Shown piece after piece: positions 17,007 to 26,438 of a stretch of 36,978 bases of DNA. The notes under the pieces were generated by a model that did no database searches, was not told the origin of the DNA, and saw only the letters and a program-made list of their open reading frames with translations. Position 1 is the first letter of the stretch; the number at the start of each line of letters is the position of its first letter. The stretch is from a virus. Lineage: Duplodnaviria; Caudoviricetes. Location of the stretch: positions 1 through 36,978 of IMG/VR virus record IMGVR_UViG_3300017653_000008, one strand, 5' to 3'. The translations under genes and the position numbers were made by a program.

Positions 17007-17336
17007 TCAGGTCAGGTCGACGCTGTAGAAGTTCGGGGTTCGGCCGGCACCGTCGTGGTGCAGTTGCTCGGCCAACACCTCAGCGGTCCGGCCCCCGAAC
17101 TCGGGCGGCAGGGTCACCAGCGACCCGGGTGGAATCAGCGGCGTGGTGGCAGGCATCGAGACGCGGGCCTCGGAGATGACCTCCGAACCGTCCGGTGCCA
17201 GCACCTTTTTCCGCTTCGCTGTGACCTTCCCGCGCACCTCCACCGGGGCGGCGTGTGCGGGACCGTACGGGCCGTCGCCGATCTTGCGTGCGACGAGCAC
17301 AGGCCACGTCCACCACGACGCCAGCGGGTCGGTCAC
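17007..17336 (-). CDS. Head-to-tail stopper
   Basis: GPYGP, V...DG.EVIS, P.GS.VTLP motifs; GTGA overlap. Confidence 0.75.
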   Translation of the reverse strand: MTDPLASWWTWPVLVARKIGDGPYGPAHAAPVEVRGKVTAKRKKVLAPDGSEVISEARVSMPATTPLIPPGSLVTLPPEFGGRTAEVLAEQLHHDGAGRTPNFYSVDLT

Positions 17337-17749
17337 CACGAGTCCACCCACGACGAACCGAGCCCGGCCAGGCGGAGAATCCGCAGCGCCGACGAGGTGA
17401 GACCCTCGACGCTGGCCGCCTTCTCCGCGGCGAGCTCTCCAGCGTTCGTGGAGACCGAGGCGCCGTCGATGCCCGAGGCGGTGACAACCTCGTCGAGCCC
17501 GGCAGTGCCGGCCGTCGGGTCGATGTTGTGCCGTGCCCAGTAGCCAGCCTGTTGGCAGGTCGCTTCGCGTACCGCGGTGCGCTTGCCCGTTTCGGATGGC
17601 AGGCCTGTCGCTGTCGTCGGGTAGACATCGGCGATGATCGCGGACGCGACGAGCGTTGATGCCTCGCGCAGGAGCGCCGCGGCGTTGTCGGGTGCTGGGT
17701 TGCCGGTCCAGGTTTCGAGGTCACCGGTGGTGGCGTAGACGGGTGCCAT
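17333..17749 (-). CDS. Head-to-tail adaptor
   Basis: YAT..DL, LL.EAS.LV, ATCQQ..YW and IL..AGL motifs; SD GAGGAGG. Confidence 0.85.
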   Translation of the reverse strand: MAPVYATTGDLETWTGNPAPDNAAALLREASTLVASAIIADVYPTTATGLPSETGKRTAVREATCQQAGYWARHNIDPTAGTAGLDEVVTASGIDGASVSTNAGELAAEKAASVEGLTSSALRILRLAGLGSSWVDSW

Positions 17750-17765
17750 GGAGCCTCCTCGGGGG

Positions 17766-17895
17766 TTGGTGGTTGGTGCGCAGGTACGCCGCTGCAGGGG
17801 CCGAAAGGAACCCGGCGTGGAAGCCCCCAGTCGTCCTTCGCGCGCGGTGAGTGCCGAGAGTTGCCGGGGCACGCGGTTGACGCACCAACCACCAA
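17766..17895 (-). other. Structured intergenic element closed by a 15-bp perfect inverted repeat
   Basis: TTGGTGGTTGGTGCG (17766-17780) / CGCACCAACCACCAA (17881-17895). Confidence 0.65.
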
Positions 17896-17901
17896 GCTCA
17901 G

Positions 17902-19101
17902 TCAGACTGCGGTGACGGTGAGGCCGGTTCCGCCAGTCAGGGAAGCACCGCTACCCGAAAGTGCGCCCGGGACCGCGATCGTGTATTCGCCCGCCGATCC
18001 GGTGACGGTGATGTCGTCGGCGCCGAAACCGTCGTCGAGGCCAACCAGCGCGGTCTTGATGGTCGCTGCGGTCGCGTTGTAGTTCAGCGCACCGGTGGTG
18101 CGGCCGTTAAAAGTGAGTGTGAAGGTGCCACCGGTCGCGCCGCCGACGTCCACGGTGAACGCGTTGGTGCCCAGGACGATCTTCACTGCACGCTTGAGCG
18201 AGAACGTCGAATCCGGATCGGTGTAGTCGTCCGGGTCCTCCACGACACTGATGCCGAAGAACGTGTCGAAGATCGACCGGTTCACCAGGTGGCTCGAGTC
18301 GTAGTCCCGCAGCCAGCGCAGCGCGATACCGGCGTACGACCCGGATGCACTGTCGACGCCACCGAGCGGGGACGCCGGAACCCGGTACACCGTCTGGAAT
18401 GCGGACCGATGGAACACGTACGACTCGTATGCACCGATGGAATGCGACACGATGACCGGCATTCCAGCGATGTTTCCGATGGTGGCGCTGCGCAGAGCGT
18501 TCGAGTCTCCGGACTGGTCGAACTTCCGGAACTGGTCGGACTTGAGGATCATTGCCTCGATACCGGTACCGACGAGGAACACGCGGCCCTGCTGCGGCAC
18601 GTGGTAGTCGTTCAGGACCTTGCGCGCGTCGACCGCTCCGGCGTGGAAGTCCAGTCCGCTCGCCCCGTCCGTCGAGATGGAGATGTTCGACCCGGACGGG
18701 TATGTCGCACCCTTGATCTTCGCGGAGATCTTGTCCTCGATACGTTCGGCAACAGCTCGGGTCTGCGGGGTAACGACCTGCTCGGTGAAGTCGTAGATGT
18801 CGAGAGACAGTTCCTCGTCCGACAGTCCGATCGCGTTGTACGGGTGGGTGTCGAGCTTCACGTCGACCTTGAACTCGTTCAGATCCGAGTTCTCGATCGC
18901 CGCGGTGTGGTCACGCCACGCGTAGTCCTTGGCGACCGTACGTCCGTTGATGCGGATGGACACGGTGTCGTTTGCGGGACTGCGGCCCGAGAAGTGCTGC
19001 GAGGCGCTGGACTCGACGATCCCAGGCAGGACGACATCGCGTTCGAGCACGACGAGCCCGGCCTGCACGATCTGCGCCGCCTTGAGAATGGTGTTGGTCA
19101 C
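17902..19101 (-). CDS. Major capsid protein with C-terminal extension
   Basis: 399 aa after scaffold; NDTVSIR, G.IAG..V..S, FHRSAF, LRWLRDYD motifs. Confidence 0.9.
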   Translation of the reverse strand: MTNTILKAAQIVQAGLVVLERDVVLPGIVESSASQHFSGRSPANDTVSIRINGRTVAKDYAWRDHTAAIENSDLNEFKVDVKLDTHPYNAIGLSDEELSLDIYDFTEQVVTPQTRAVAERIEDKISAKIKGATYPSGSNISISTDGASGLDFHAGAVDARKVLNDYHVPQQGRVFLVGTGIEAMILKSDQFRKFDQSGDSNALRSATIGNIAGMPVIVSHSIGAYESYVFHRSAFQTVYRVPASPLGGVDSASGSYAGIALRWLRDYDSSHLVNRSIFDTFFGISVVEDPDDYTDPDSTFSLKRAVKIVLGTNAFTVDVGGATGGTFTLTFNGRTTGALNYNATAATIKTALVGLDDGFGADDITVTGSAGEYTIAVPGALSGSGASLTGGTGLTVTAV

Positions 19102-19116
19102 GGAATTTCTCCTGGA

Positions 19117-19782
19117 TTAGTAGATGGTGACGCCGGACTTCCGGTTGCCGAGGCTCTCGGCGAACTTCTTCGGGTCGTCGAGCGGGCTTGCTGTGGACTT
19201 ACTTCCGCCGACGCCGTTGCCGGAGCGCCCGGCGGAGTTGGCGCTGGCGTTGGTCGCGGCGAGACGCTTGGCGAGGGCCTCGACCTTGTCGGCGGGGACG
19301 CCGGCCAACAGCTCGAGGTCCTTGTCGTCGGTGATGCCGTGCTTCCGCGCCGCTCGTTCGACGGCGAGCTCGGCTTCGAGCTTCTCGGCGCGGCTCTTCT
19401 CGGCGTCGCGTTCGGCTTCGGCGCGTTGCTGGTCGTCGAGCTTGGCGAGGCGGTCCTTTTCGGCTGCCGCCTTGAATTTGGCGACTTCCTGTTCCGCGGC
19501 CTTGCGGGCTGCCCGTTCGGCGTCGAGGGCCTTCTTGCCGCCTTCACCGAGCTGCTCGTCGTCACCGCCGTCGGGCTTGCCGGTGTCGTCGGTGTTTGGC
19601 TTGCCGGCACCTGCATCCCCACCGGTGCCGTCGCCCTGGCCGGTCTGGCCGCCGTCGCCGTTGCTGTGTCCCTCGTCGTCGCGACGGGGGTGCATGCGGT
19701 TCGGCCAGCGGCCGGAGGTGGCGAACGGGTCGAGGCCGTATCCGGCGCCGATGATGAGGGCGAGGGTCGTGGTGGTGCGCAT
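19117..19782 (-). CDS. Scaffolding protein
   Basis: SD AAGGAG; G/D-rich linker, LGEGGKKALDAER coiled coil; just before capsid. Confidence 0.85.
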   Translation of the reverse strand: MRTTTTLALIIGAGYGLDPFATSGRWPNRMHPRRDDEGHSNGDGGQTGQGDGTGGDAGAGKPNTDDTGKPDGGDDEQLGEGGKKALDAERAARKAAEQEVAKFKAAAEKDRLAKLDDQQRAEAERDAEKSRAEKLEAELAVERAARKHGITDDKDLELLAGVPADKVEALAKRLAATNASANSAGRSGNGVGGSKSTASPLDDPKKFAESLGNRKSGVTIY

Positions 19783-19877
19783 GGTGCTCCTTCGTGTGTG
19801 CAGCGTCGCGCTGCGGTGTTGCCCCGGGCACCGTCGCGGTGTCGGGGTGTCCGCCCAGGGGCGGAAGCGTGTGGTGG

Positions 19878-21071
19878 TCAGCGAGCTTGGTTGATCTGCT
19901 CGCGTCGCGGCCGGCGGGTCAGGCCGTGCTCGTCGACGTGCTGGGCGATCGCCTCGCGTTGCGCCCGGAGCCGGGCCGCGGCCTCGCGCTTCGCCTGCGG
20001 GGTGACCGCGACAGCCTGCCGGCGGCGGGTGTCGCGGATGGCGCGCTCCATGGCCCGCTGCTTCTGGGTGGCCGCATAGCCTTCGGGGTCCGGCGTCGTC
20101 GTGAACGTGCGTGACGCGCCCGGCACAAACCTGCTGAGCGCGTGCCCGCAGTTCGGATGCCGAAAGCCCTTCGAGATGGCCTCGCGCATCGTGGCCTTGA
20201 TCCGCACCTGCACCTGGCGGCCGGTCGTCGCCGACTTCAGCTCGACCGTGCCCGTGCTGCCGTCCAGGCTGAGCACCTGGCCTTCGTACGGCTGGCACTG
20301 CGGTGCCGGCTTCGAATGCGACGACACCACCATCAGCGTGTGGCCGTGTTCGAGGGCCCGGGCGATGTGGGATTCGCGCAGTTCCTCGTTCACCACTGTG
20401 CGGGACAGCATCTCGACGTACGAGGTCAGTGACCAGTTGCGGCCGCCGCGGTCCCGGAATCCGGTGATGCCTCGCTTGGTGAGGATGTCGAGGGCCTGCT
20501 GGGCTGCGTCCAGTCGGGTGCCGGTCGCGCGTGGTGCGCCGAGGATGCCACCGGTGTGCGGGGTGAGCCTCGGGACCTCTTGGGATCGGATCTGTATCTG
20601 TGCGAGCACCTGTCCGTACAGGCGGTCCGCGTTGCCGGGGAGCTGCTGTGTGGCGTGGGCGAGGGTGGACCAGGCGGATTGGGCGGCTGCGACAGTGCGG
20701 GGAACCGGGACGCGGTCGCGACGCGGTGCGCGCCCGGGCGCTGCCGCAGCCGTTCCCGTAGCGGCCGCGCTTACCGCTGCGGGAGTTTGTGGGTCGGCGT
20801 CCTCGTCGGCTGCCTGCTCGCCGAGGGCGGCCGCGGCCTGCACCGCATCCTGCAGGAGCTGGGGCATGGCGGCTTGGAGGTGCCGTGCGAGTGCTTCGGC
20901 GGCCTGCCGGAACTCGACCTGCCGTGAGGCTTGGACTTGTTGCCATTGGTCGGTGTCAATGCTGTCGATGATGGCTTCGGCGAGCAGGCGCAGGAGGGTG
21001 AGTTCGGCGTCGGTGTAGAGGGCGATGAGGTGGGCGGGGATGTTGCGTGCGTGCTCGGGGTCGAGTGCCAC
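19878..21071 (-). CDS. Phage minor capsid protein (minor capsid 2 / MuF-like)
   Basis: GITGF.D..GR.W.L.SYVEM..RT, VSSH...C.PYEG.V, HPNC.H, QRAMER.IR motifs. Confidence 0.9.
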   Translation of the reverse strand: MALDPEHARNIPAHLIALYTDAELTLLRLLAEAIIDSIDTDQWQQVQASRQVEFRQAAEALARHLQAAMPQLLQDAVQAAAALGEQAADEDADPQTPAAVSAAATGTAAAAPGRAPRRDRVPVPRTVAAAQSAWSTLAHATQQLPGNADRLYGQVLAQIQIRSQEVPRLTPHTGGILGAPRATGTRLDAAQQALDILTKRGITGFRDRGGRNWSLTSYVEMLSRTVVNEELRESHIARALEHGHTLMVVSSHSKPAPQCQPYEGQVLSLDGSTGTVELKSATTGRQVQVRIKATMREAISKGFRHPNCGHALSRFVPGASRTFTTTPDPEGYAATQKQRAMERAIRDTRRRQAVAVTPQAKREAAARLRAQREAIAQHVDEHGLTRRPRREQINQAR

Positions 21072-21074
21072 CCG

Positions 21075-22697
21075 CTACACCTCCTCGCTGGTCTCCTCTG
21101 GTGCCTGGCCCTGTTCGTTCTCAGGCTGTTCGTCGCCTCCCTGATCGCCGAGGCTGCTGTCGGATCCGAAGAACGCCGGCATCTCCACCGTGTTCGCCGC
21201 ATCGATCAACTCGACCTCCTCGTCGATCTGCGTTTCCGTCCAGTCCGGGTGCAGGTAGCGGACCTTGGTGCGTGTCGACGCGGCCGAAGCGACCGACCAT
21301 GCCTGCACCGTCTGAGCGCGGGACAGGTCGGATTCCTGCGCGAACGGCGGCCAGTCCAGATCCAGCGGCTCGTGCAGCTCCACGCCGAGGTGCGGGAACT
21401 TCTTCTGGTCGATCCGCAGAGCAACCGTGGTCAAATGCTGGATGGCGACACCGAAGTAGCGGGCTTTCCCCTCGGTCGTGGTGACCGTGGATTCCTTCTT
21501 TCCGGCGGCCTCGGTCGCTGTCTGCGCTACCTCATCGGACATGCCGAACGACACCGGCGAATACCCGGTGCGACGCAGCACTTCACGCAGCAGCATCTCC
21601 CCCACCTGGTCGTGCTCGAGCACCCGGATGGCGGGCTGATGGAACTGGAAGATGGACTCAGCGCCGCCCTCTTTACCGATGCCGGTACCGACCTGCGTGA
21701 ACAGTTCCTGATCTTCGGGTAGGAACATGCCCTGGCCGGCGCCGCGGTGCTGCAGTACCTCGGAGGAGGCGAACATGCGTGCCTGGGCGACGCGCACGTC
21801 CCGCATCAGTGAGCTGTAGGTGCGGTCGATCTGGTGATAGAGCGGCACGAGATCGACCGCGCCGACGTCGGAGGCGCCGAGGTTCCGCAGCTGCGGATCC
21901 TCCGCCCACTCAGGGTTCGGGAGCTGATTCGGCACGTACTCGACGGCGAGCTCGTCCACGCCGAGGTCGACGATCGAGTATCCGTCCCCAGCAAGTTCCA
22001 CGCTGATGTCTGCGGTCGCGTCGTGCGCGCCCAGCTCCTGCAGCGTGCCGAGGTTGTGTTGGGTGCCCTTGTACAGCTCGTGCACGATCCGGCCGCGCTC
22101 GTACCGTTCGAGGTGCCTCCACACGTCCCGAGGGTCATCGGATTCGAGTTCGGTGAAGAACGTGACGGACTTGAGCCGGCCCCTGGACCATTCGGGGATC
22201 GCATGATCGGGGTCGACCCATTCGATCCACGTGCCTTGCTGCACCTGGTCGTCCCACACCACCCTGCCGAATACACCGGTGAGCGCAGACGAGGTTTCCC
22301 CCGCGGTGTACAGGCTGGAGTGGAATCGGGGGGTGTTGAACAGGTCGTCGACGCGGGCCTGCACCGTGTCGAGTTCGTCGTCGGCGGCGAGGATCACCGG
22401 CGGCTTCGAGAACAGTGATGTGGCCGAGAGTTGGGCGATGTCTTTGCCGATCGGGGCGTGGAGGCGTTTCCCGGATTGGCTGGGGTTGTGCTGGGTGCGG
22501 CCCCAGAATGCGTCCCACGCGTCTTGTGCGCGGCGTTTGAGGGTGGCGCCGGTGGGTGAGGTGCGGCCGCCGGCTCCGTAGAAGTCGTCGAGCTTGGCGG
22601 GGTCGCCTCCCCACCAGACGCGGCATTCGGCGACACGGGCGGTGACCTTGCCCAGTTCGGGCGGCGGCCAGGCCATGTTCGCGCGGATGCTGGTCAT
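21075..22697 (-). CDS. Portal protein
   Basis: ATG22697 overlaps the terL stop; 540 aa; YVPN, GYSP.SFG, TATE, LHPDW...EEV..I motifs. Confidence 0.9.
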   Translation of the reverse strand: MTSIRANMAWPPPELGKVTARVAECRVWWGGDPAKLDDFYGAGGRTSPTGATLKRRAQDAWDAFWGRTQHNPSQSGKRLHAPIGKDIAQLSATSLFSKPPVILAADDELDTVQARVDDLFNTPRFHSSLYTAGETSSALTGVFGRVVWDDQVQQGTWIEWVDPDHAIPEWSRGRLKSVTFFTELESDDPRDVWRHLERYERGRIVHELYKGTQHNLGTLQELGAHDATADISVELAGDGYSIVDLGVDELAVEYVPNQLPNPEWAEDPQLRNLGASDVGAVDLVPLYHQIDRTYSSLMRDVRVAQARMFASSEVLQHRGAGQGMFLPEDQELFTQVGTGIGKEGGAESIFQFHQPAIRVLEHDQVGEMLLREVLRRTGYSPVSFGMSDEVAQTATEAAGKKESTVTTTEGKARYFGVAIQHLTTVALRIDQKKFPHLGVELHEPLDLDWPPFAQESDLSRAQTVQAWSVASAASTRTKVRYLHPDWTETQIDEEVELIDAANTVEMPAFFGSDSSLGDQGGDEQPENEQGQAPEETSEEV

Positions 22698-23965
22698 GCT
22701 GCGGTCTCCTCGGTGTCGAATCGGTGATCGTCGGGTAGCGGCACGGCGTGGCGCCACTGGAACTGGGAGGTGGCGACCGCGTAGCGCAGTGCGTCGCAGA
22801 AGTCGTCGTTTTCCTTGACGGGCGCGTCCTCGCCGCGCTCGACAGCCTTCGAATCCCACACGTAGCCGGGGATCTCGTTGAGCAGGTTCGTGCAGCTGCT
22901 GTGGATCATGAGCTGCTGCGTGGACAACAGTGACGCGACGACACCGATGCCCAGCTTGTGGCTGTTCGCGGCGTTCGCGACGTTGACGAACCCTTCGCGG
23001 TTCATCTGCAGCTTCAGCGCGGCCGCAGAGGGGTCCACGAAGTGGAAGTCGGGTGTGCCGTGCTCGTTCTCGAAGCGCCGTAGCAGTCGTGTGCGGTCGG
23101 CGGGTGTGCCGGCCGGTGGCGCGAACTCGGCCATGGCGTAGAGGCGGTTGTCTGCGCCGAGGCCGAGGAGGATGCCGGCGGCGGGGTGGTTGACGCCGTC
23201 GTCGATGCCGATCGCGAGGAGCTGCTGCATCTCGGGGAGTCGGTCGACGACATGCACGGCCGGGTCGAACATCTCGTAGATGACACCGTCCGCCATCGTC
23301 CACAGGCCCTTGATGAACCGGTCGTTCCACATGCCGGTGTACTGCCGGTCGAGCGCTTCGATGTACCCCTCGGGCAGGTGGGCGCGATTGTCCTCCAGGC
23401 CGAAATGGAAGATGCGGTGCCCCATTTCGTCGGCCCGGTCGATGTAGTCGCGTTTGAGGAAGTGCCGCGGCCCGTCCGGGTTGGTTGTGCCGCCCATCCA
23501 CGCGTCGTCGACGGAGTGTCGGGACATGAGCATGGACACGAACTCTTCGGCCATGAGGGTCATCTCGTCGCAGTAGGACCGTTTGATGGTCATGCCTCGG
23601 ATGACGCTTTCGGCGCGGACGTCGGATGCGCCGATGACGTGGACGGTTTCGCCGAGGATGTTCGCGGTCGGTGCGCCGCGGTTGTAGTGCACGGCGCTGG
23701 CGAGGTCCCCGAAGAGGCTGGGGTCCATCATCGGGGCGAGTACGTTGCGGTAGGCGGTGTCCCGTGTGCGGGAGATCAGCACGTTCTCACCGGTCGAGGG
23801 TGCGTCGGCGAGTTTCATCTCGAATTTCACCAGCGATCCAATGGTCTTGCCGGACCGGACCGCGCCGTGCCACAGGTTCAGCTGCGACCTGGAAGCGTCA
23901 GCGTTCGCTGTCGCAATCGAGTGGGCCTGCTTCCGGGAGATCGACAGCCTGTCCAGGATCCCCAC
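22694..23965 (-). CDS. terL: Terminase large subunit (PBSX-like)
   Basis: Walker A GAVRSGKT, Walker B YCDE, TTNP, DPSAA, P.KENDD.CDALRY. Confidence 0.95.
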   Translation of the reverse strand: MGILDRLSISRKQAHSIATANADASRSQLNLWHGAVRSGKTIGSLVKFEMKLADAPSTGENVLISRTRDTAYRNVLAPMMDPSLFGDLASAVHYNRGAPTANILGETVHVIGASDVRAESVIRGMTIKRSYCDEMTLMAEEFVSMLMSRHSVDDAWMGGTTNPDGPRHFLKRDYIDRADEMGHRIFHFGLEDNRAHLPEGYIEALDRQYTGMWNDRFIKGLWTMADGVIYEMFDPAVHVVDRLPEMQQLLAIGIDDGVNHPAAGILLGLGADNRLYAMAEFAPPAGTPADRTRLLRRFENEHGTPDFHFVDPSAAALKLQMNREGFVNVANAANSHKLGIGVVASLLSTQQLMIHSSCTNLLNEIPGYVWDSKAVERGEDAPVKENDDFCDALRYAVATSQFQWRHAVPLPDDHRFDTEETAA

Positions 23966-24473
23966 TCGCGCCGGCCTCCTCCTCGTCGTGGACCGCTGCA
24001 ATCAGTGCTGCCTCGAGCTGGCCGAGCATCGACTTGGCGTTGTCGTGCTCGGTGGTGGTGTCGGTGAGCTTGTCGAGGACTGCCGCCTGGCCGGTGTGCG
24101 CGTTCGTCTGCTCCCGCAGGTCTCGCGAGGGAATGAAGTCGAGTTGCGCCTCGACTTCGCGGCCTTCGCTTCCGCGGATCAGCGTCGACCACCCCTTCTT
24201 GCCTCGGAGTGTCGCCAGGATCGCAGCCTGCGACAGCTCGAGGATCTCCAGTGCGTTCTCCGCAGCGACGGCCTTGCGTGCCTTGAGGTCGATGACACGG
24301 GCTTCTGTGGCCTTCTTTGTCTTCGACCGGTCGAAACTCAGGTTCAGCCGATCCGCCCACCGAGACACCGTGCTCTGCGGCCGGCCCATCTCCTCTGCGA
24401 TCGCCCGCAGCGACATCCCCTGCTCATGCAGTTCGCGAAGGCGCCGGCTCTCCTCATCGGTCCACGCGGCCAT
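23898..24473 (-). CDS. terS: Terminase small subunit (N-terminal HTH)
   Basis: LRELHEQGMSLRAIAEEMGRPQSTVSRW HTH; overlaps the terL start. Confidence 0.75.
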   Translation of the reverse strand: MAAWTDEESRRLRELHEQGMSLRAIAEEMGRPQSTVSRWADRLNLSFDRSKTKKATEARVIDLKARKAVAAENALEILELSQAAILATLRGKKGWSTLIRGSEGREVEAQLDFIPSRDLREQTNAHTGQAAVLDKLTDTTTEHDNAKSMLGQLEAALIAAVHDEEEAGASGDPGQAVDLPEAGPLDCDSER

Positions 24474-24551
24474 GGGCCACTACGCGCGCGCATGGGAGGC
24501 GGGTGGAACGTTCCATCCTGTGGTTCATTCGGCCCTCCTCGGGGAAGTTGA

Positions 24552-24699
24552 CGCCCACGCTCGTCCGGCGTGAGATTCCGGGGCGTGGGCGGTCCATCCG
24601 AGCACTCGCGAGGTGGTGCTTCGAGGATGGACGTCTGGAAACGACGAAGCGCGAGTGACCCTGCTGGTGGGGTCATCTCGCGCCTACGCGCTGAGCGTA
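24552..24699 (-). promoter_or_regulatory. Putative late promoter (-10 TACGCT) and three-hairpin leader
   Basis: TACGCT at 24694-24699; stems at 24649-24683, 24592-24632 and 24552-24591. Confidence 0.5.
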
Positions 24700-24722
24700 T
24701 CAAAGGGGTGGGGATAAGAGGT

Positions 24723-25397
24723 TCAGGCGCTCACCCGGTTTCGTGTCGCTGTGGCGAGGTGGGCGTCCATCACGTCGCCCAGTCGGTAGATCGGCACGCC
24801 CTCGGAGTTGAGGCGCACGGGGGTGATGCGGCCGGTCCTTCGGAGGCTCTTCACGCGCTCGCGATCGAGCCGGGAGTATTCGGGGCCGAGCTCCTTCGCG
24901 GCGATGGCGATTGCGGATGCGTTGAGCTGGGTGTCGCGGGCGACGGTGGTGGATCCGTAGCGCCATGTCTCGGGTTCGATCGGCAGGCGGGCGGCGCGTC
25001 GTGCTGCTCGGATGACGCGACGCAGCGACGCGGGTGCTTCGTCGGCGCCAGGAGTCATGGCGAGGGCGGTGATGTTCTTGCGGAGCCATTCGGCCATTCC
25101 GATGGGTGTGACGGGGCCGTCGTAGCGGAGGCCGCGGTGTTCGCATACGTGGTTGGCCCAGGTCCAGAGTTCGTTGTCGAGGTAGTAGGCGGCGTCTTGT
25201 GCTGCGGTGTCGTACGGGACGACGTCGGTGGGGCTGGCGCTGACGCGGGGTTCGTAGGAGATGCGTTGGCGGTAGCCGTCGCTGCAGATGCCTGCGAGTG
25301 CCTCGGTGATCTCGGGGACTTGGCAGAGGAGTGCGAAGACTTTGTTTTCGCCTGGGGTGTCGAGGTAGCGGCCGGTGGCGTCGGGGGTGCTGGTCAT
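24723..25397 (-). CDS. Hypothetical protein with C-terminal winged-HTH-like segment (possible late regulator)
   Basis: Last early gene before terS; C-terminus RVKSLRRTGRI...IYRLGDV. Confidence 0.65.
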   Translation of the reverse strand: MTSTPDATGRYLDTPGENKVFALLCQVPEITEALAGICSDGYRQRISYEPRVSASPTDVVPYDTAAQDAAYYLDNELWTWANHVCEHRGLRYDGPVTPIGMAEWLRKNITALAMTPGADEAPASLRRVIRAARRAARLPIEPETWRYGSTTVARDTQLNASAIAIAAKELGPEYSRLDRERVKSLRRTGRITPVRLNSEGVPIYRLGDVMDAHLATATRNRVSA

Positions 25398-25657
25398 GCG
25401 TCGGCTCGGCCCAGGATGTCGCGGAGTGCGTCGCGGACTTCGGGGGTGAGGTTCTTGGCGACGGTTTCGGCGACGGCGGGTGGGTAGTCGGTGCCGGAGG
25501 GTGCGTTGGCGGTCATTTTGAGTTCCATGACTTCGGCGCGGGCTTTCTCGGCGGCCTTGCTGGCGAATCGGGCGGCTTCGGCGGTGGCGGCGAGTTCGGC
25601 TTCGAGTGCGTCGATGCGGGCGTTGGCCTGGTCGAGGTTGGTGTAGGCGGCGGGCAT
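25394..25657 (-). CDS. Hypothetical coiled-coil protein
   Basis: SD GAAAGG; ARIDALEAELAA heptads; ATGA overlap downstream. Confidence 0.65.
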   Translation of the reverse strand: MPAAYTNLDQANARIDALEAELAATAEAARFASKAAEKARAEVMELKMTANAPSGTDYPPAVAETVAKNLTPEVRDALRDILGRADA

Positions 25658-25693
25658 GCGCTGGGGCCTTTCTCGCGGTGGGTGGGGATGGTT

Positions 25694-25728
25694 CCGGCCC
25701 GCACCGTGTGGAAGTCGGTGCGGGCCGG
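25694..25728. terminator. 13-bp hairpin
   Basis: CCGGCCCGCACCG-N9-CGGTGCGGGCCGG. Confidence 0.6.
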
Positions 25729-25731
25729 GGT

Positions 25732-25809
25732 TCAGGTGGCGGCGAGGCTGAGTGCTGCGACGGAGATGATGAGCACCCAGGCGGTGAGGACCGTCGGGAG
25801 GCGGGTCAC
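25732..25809 (-). CDS. 25-aa single-TM peptide
   Basis: MTRLPTVLTAWVLIISVAALSLAAT*; GTGA overlap with the upstream stop. Confidence 0.45.
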   Translation of the reverse strand: MTRLPTVLTAWVLIISVAALSLAAT

Positions 25810-26438
25810 GGCCTGCGCTCGACGATCTCGGTGTACGGCGAGAAGTTCGACGACGCCTTGCTCGCTGCGAAGGGGCCGCGGTTGCCGTTTGCGTACTCCC
25901 TCTGCCACTCGTTTCCGTGGTCGTCACGGCGAAGGAAGTAGCCACCGGTCCGGTCTCGGACGCGCTTCACGTCGGCGGGGACAGCGCGGAGGTCGTTCCA
26001 CCGGCGGGGCTTGCGGTCCCATTCGTCGGCGGGGTCGGCTCCGGGATCGCCGTAGCCGTTTTGGGGCCGCGGCGCGACCTCGTACGACGCGAGGAAAGTC
26101 CCGGCCTTCGCTTCGGCCGCGCACTGTTCCTGCGTGATGCCGAGGACCTTCTCCTGGTATTCGGCGGCTTCGAGCGGGTTGGTGATGAGGTCGTCCCGCT
26201 CGAGCTTCGCGAGGACAGCGCGCATGGCAGTCCGGTCGGCATCCTCGACGTGATGTCTGGTCCCACGCGCGGCCCAAAACACCTGGAGGAGTTCGTCGAT
26301 GCGCTTCTCGTCGGCCTGCTCGCGCTCGAGGTTGTCGGCCTCGCTGCGGATCCGCGCTACACCCGCATACAAGCCGCGCTTGTTGAGCCAGTCGGCGACG
26401 TCCCGCAGCAGCTCCGGTGTGATGTCGATGTCGGTCAC
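25806..26438 (-). CDS. Hypothetical protein
   Basis: 210 aa; coupled by overlaps at both ends; W.DL..VP..V..V.D..G motif. Confidence 0.7.
   Translation of the reverse strand: MTDIDITPELLRDVADWLNKRGLYAGVARIRSEADNLEREQADEKRIDELLQVFWAARGTRHHVEDADRTAMRAVLAKLERDDLITNPLEAAEYQEKVLGITQEQCAAEAKAGTFLASYEVAPRPQNGYGDPGADPADEWDRKPRRWNDLRAVPADVKRVRDRTGGYFLRRDDHGNEWQREYANGNRGPFAASKASSNFSPYTEIVERRP

Noticed and set aside
7407-20079. Long plus-strand ORFs (e.g. 7407..9110, 9194..11065, 11723..13666, 18289..20079)
   Set aside because: Antisense shadows of high-GC structural genes with no recognisable motifs
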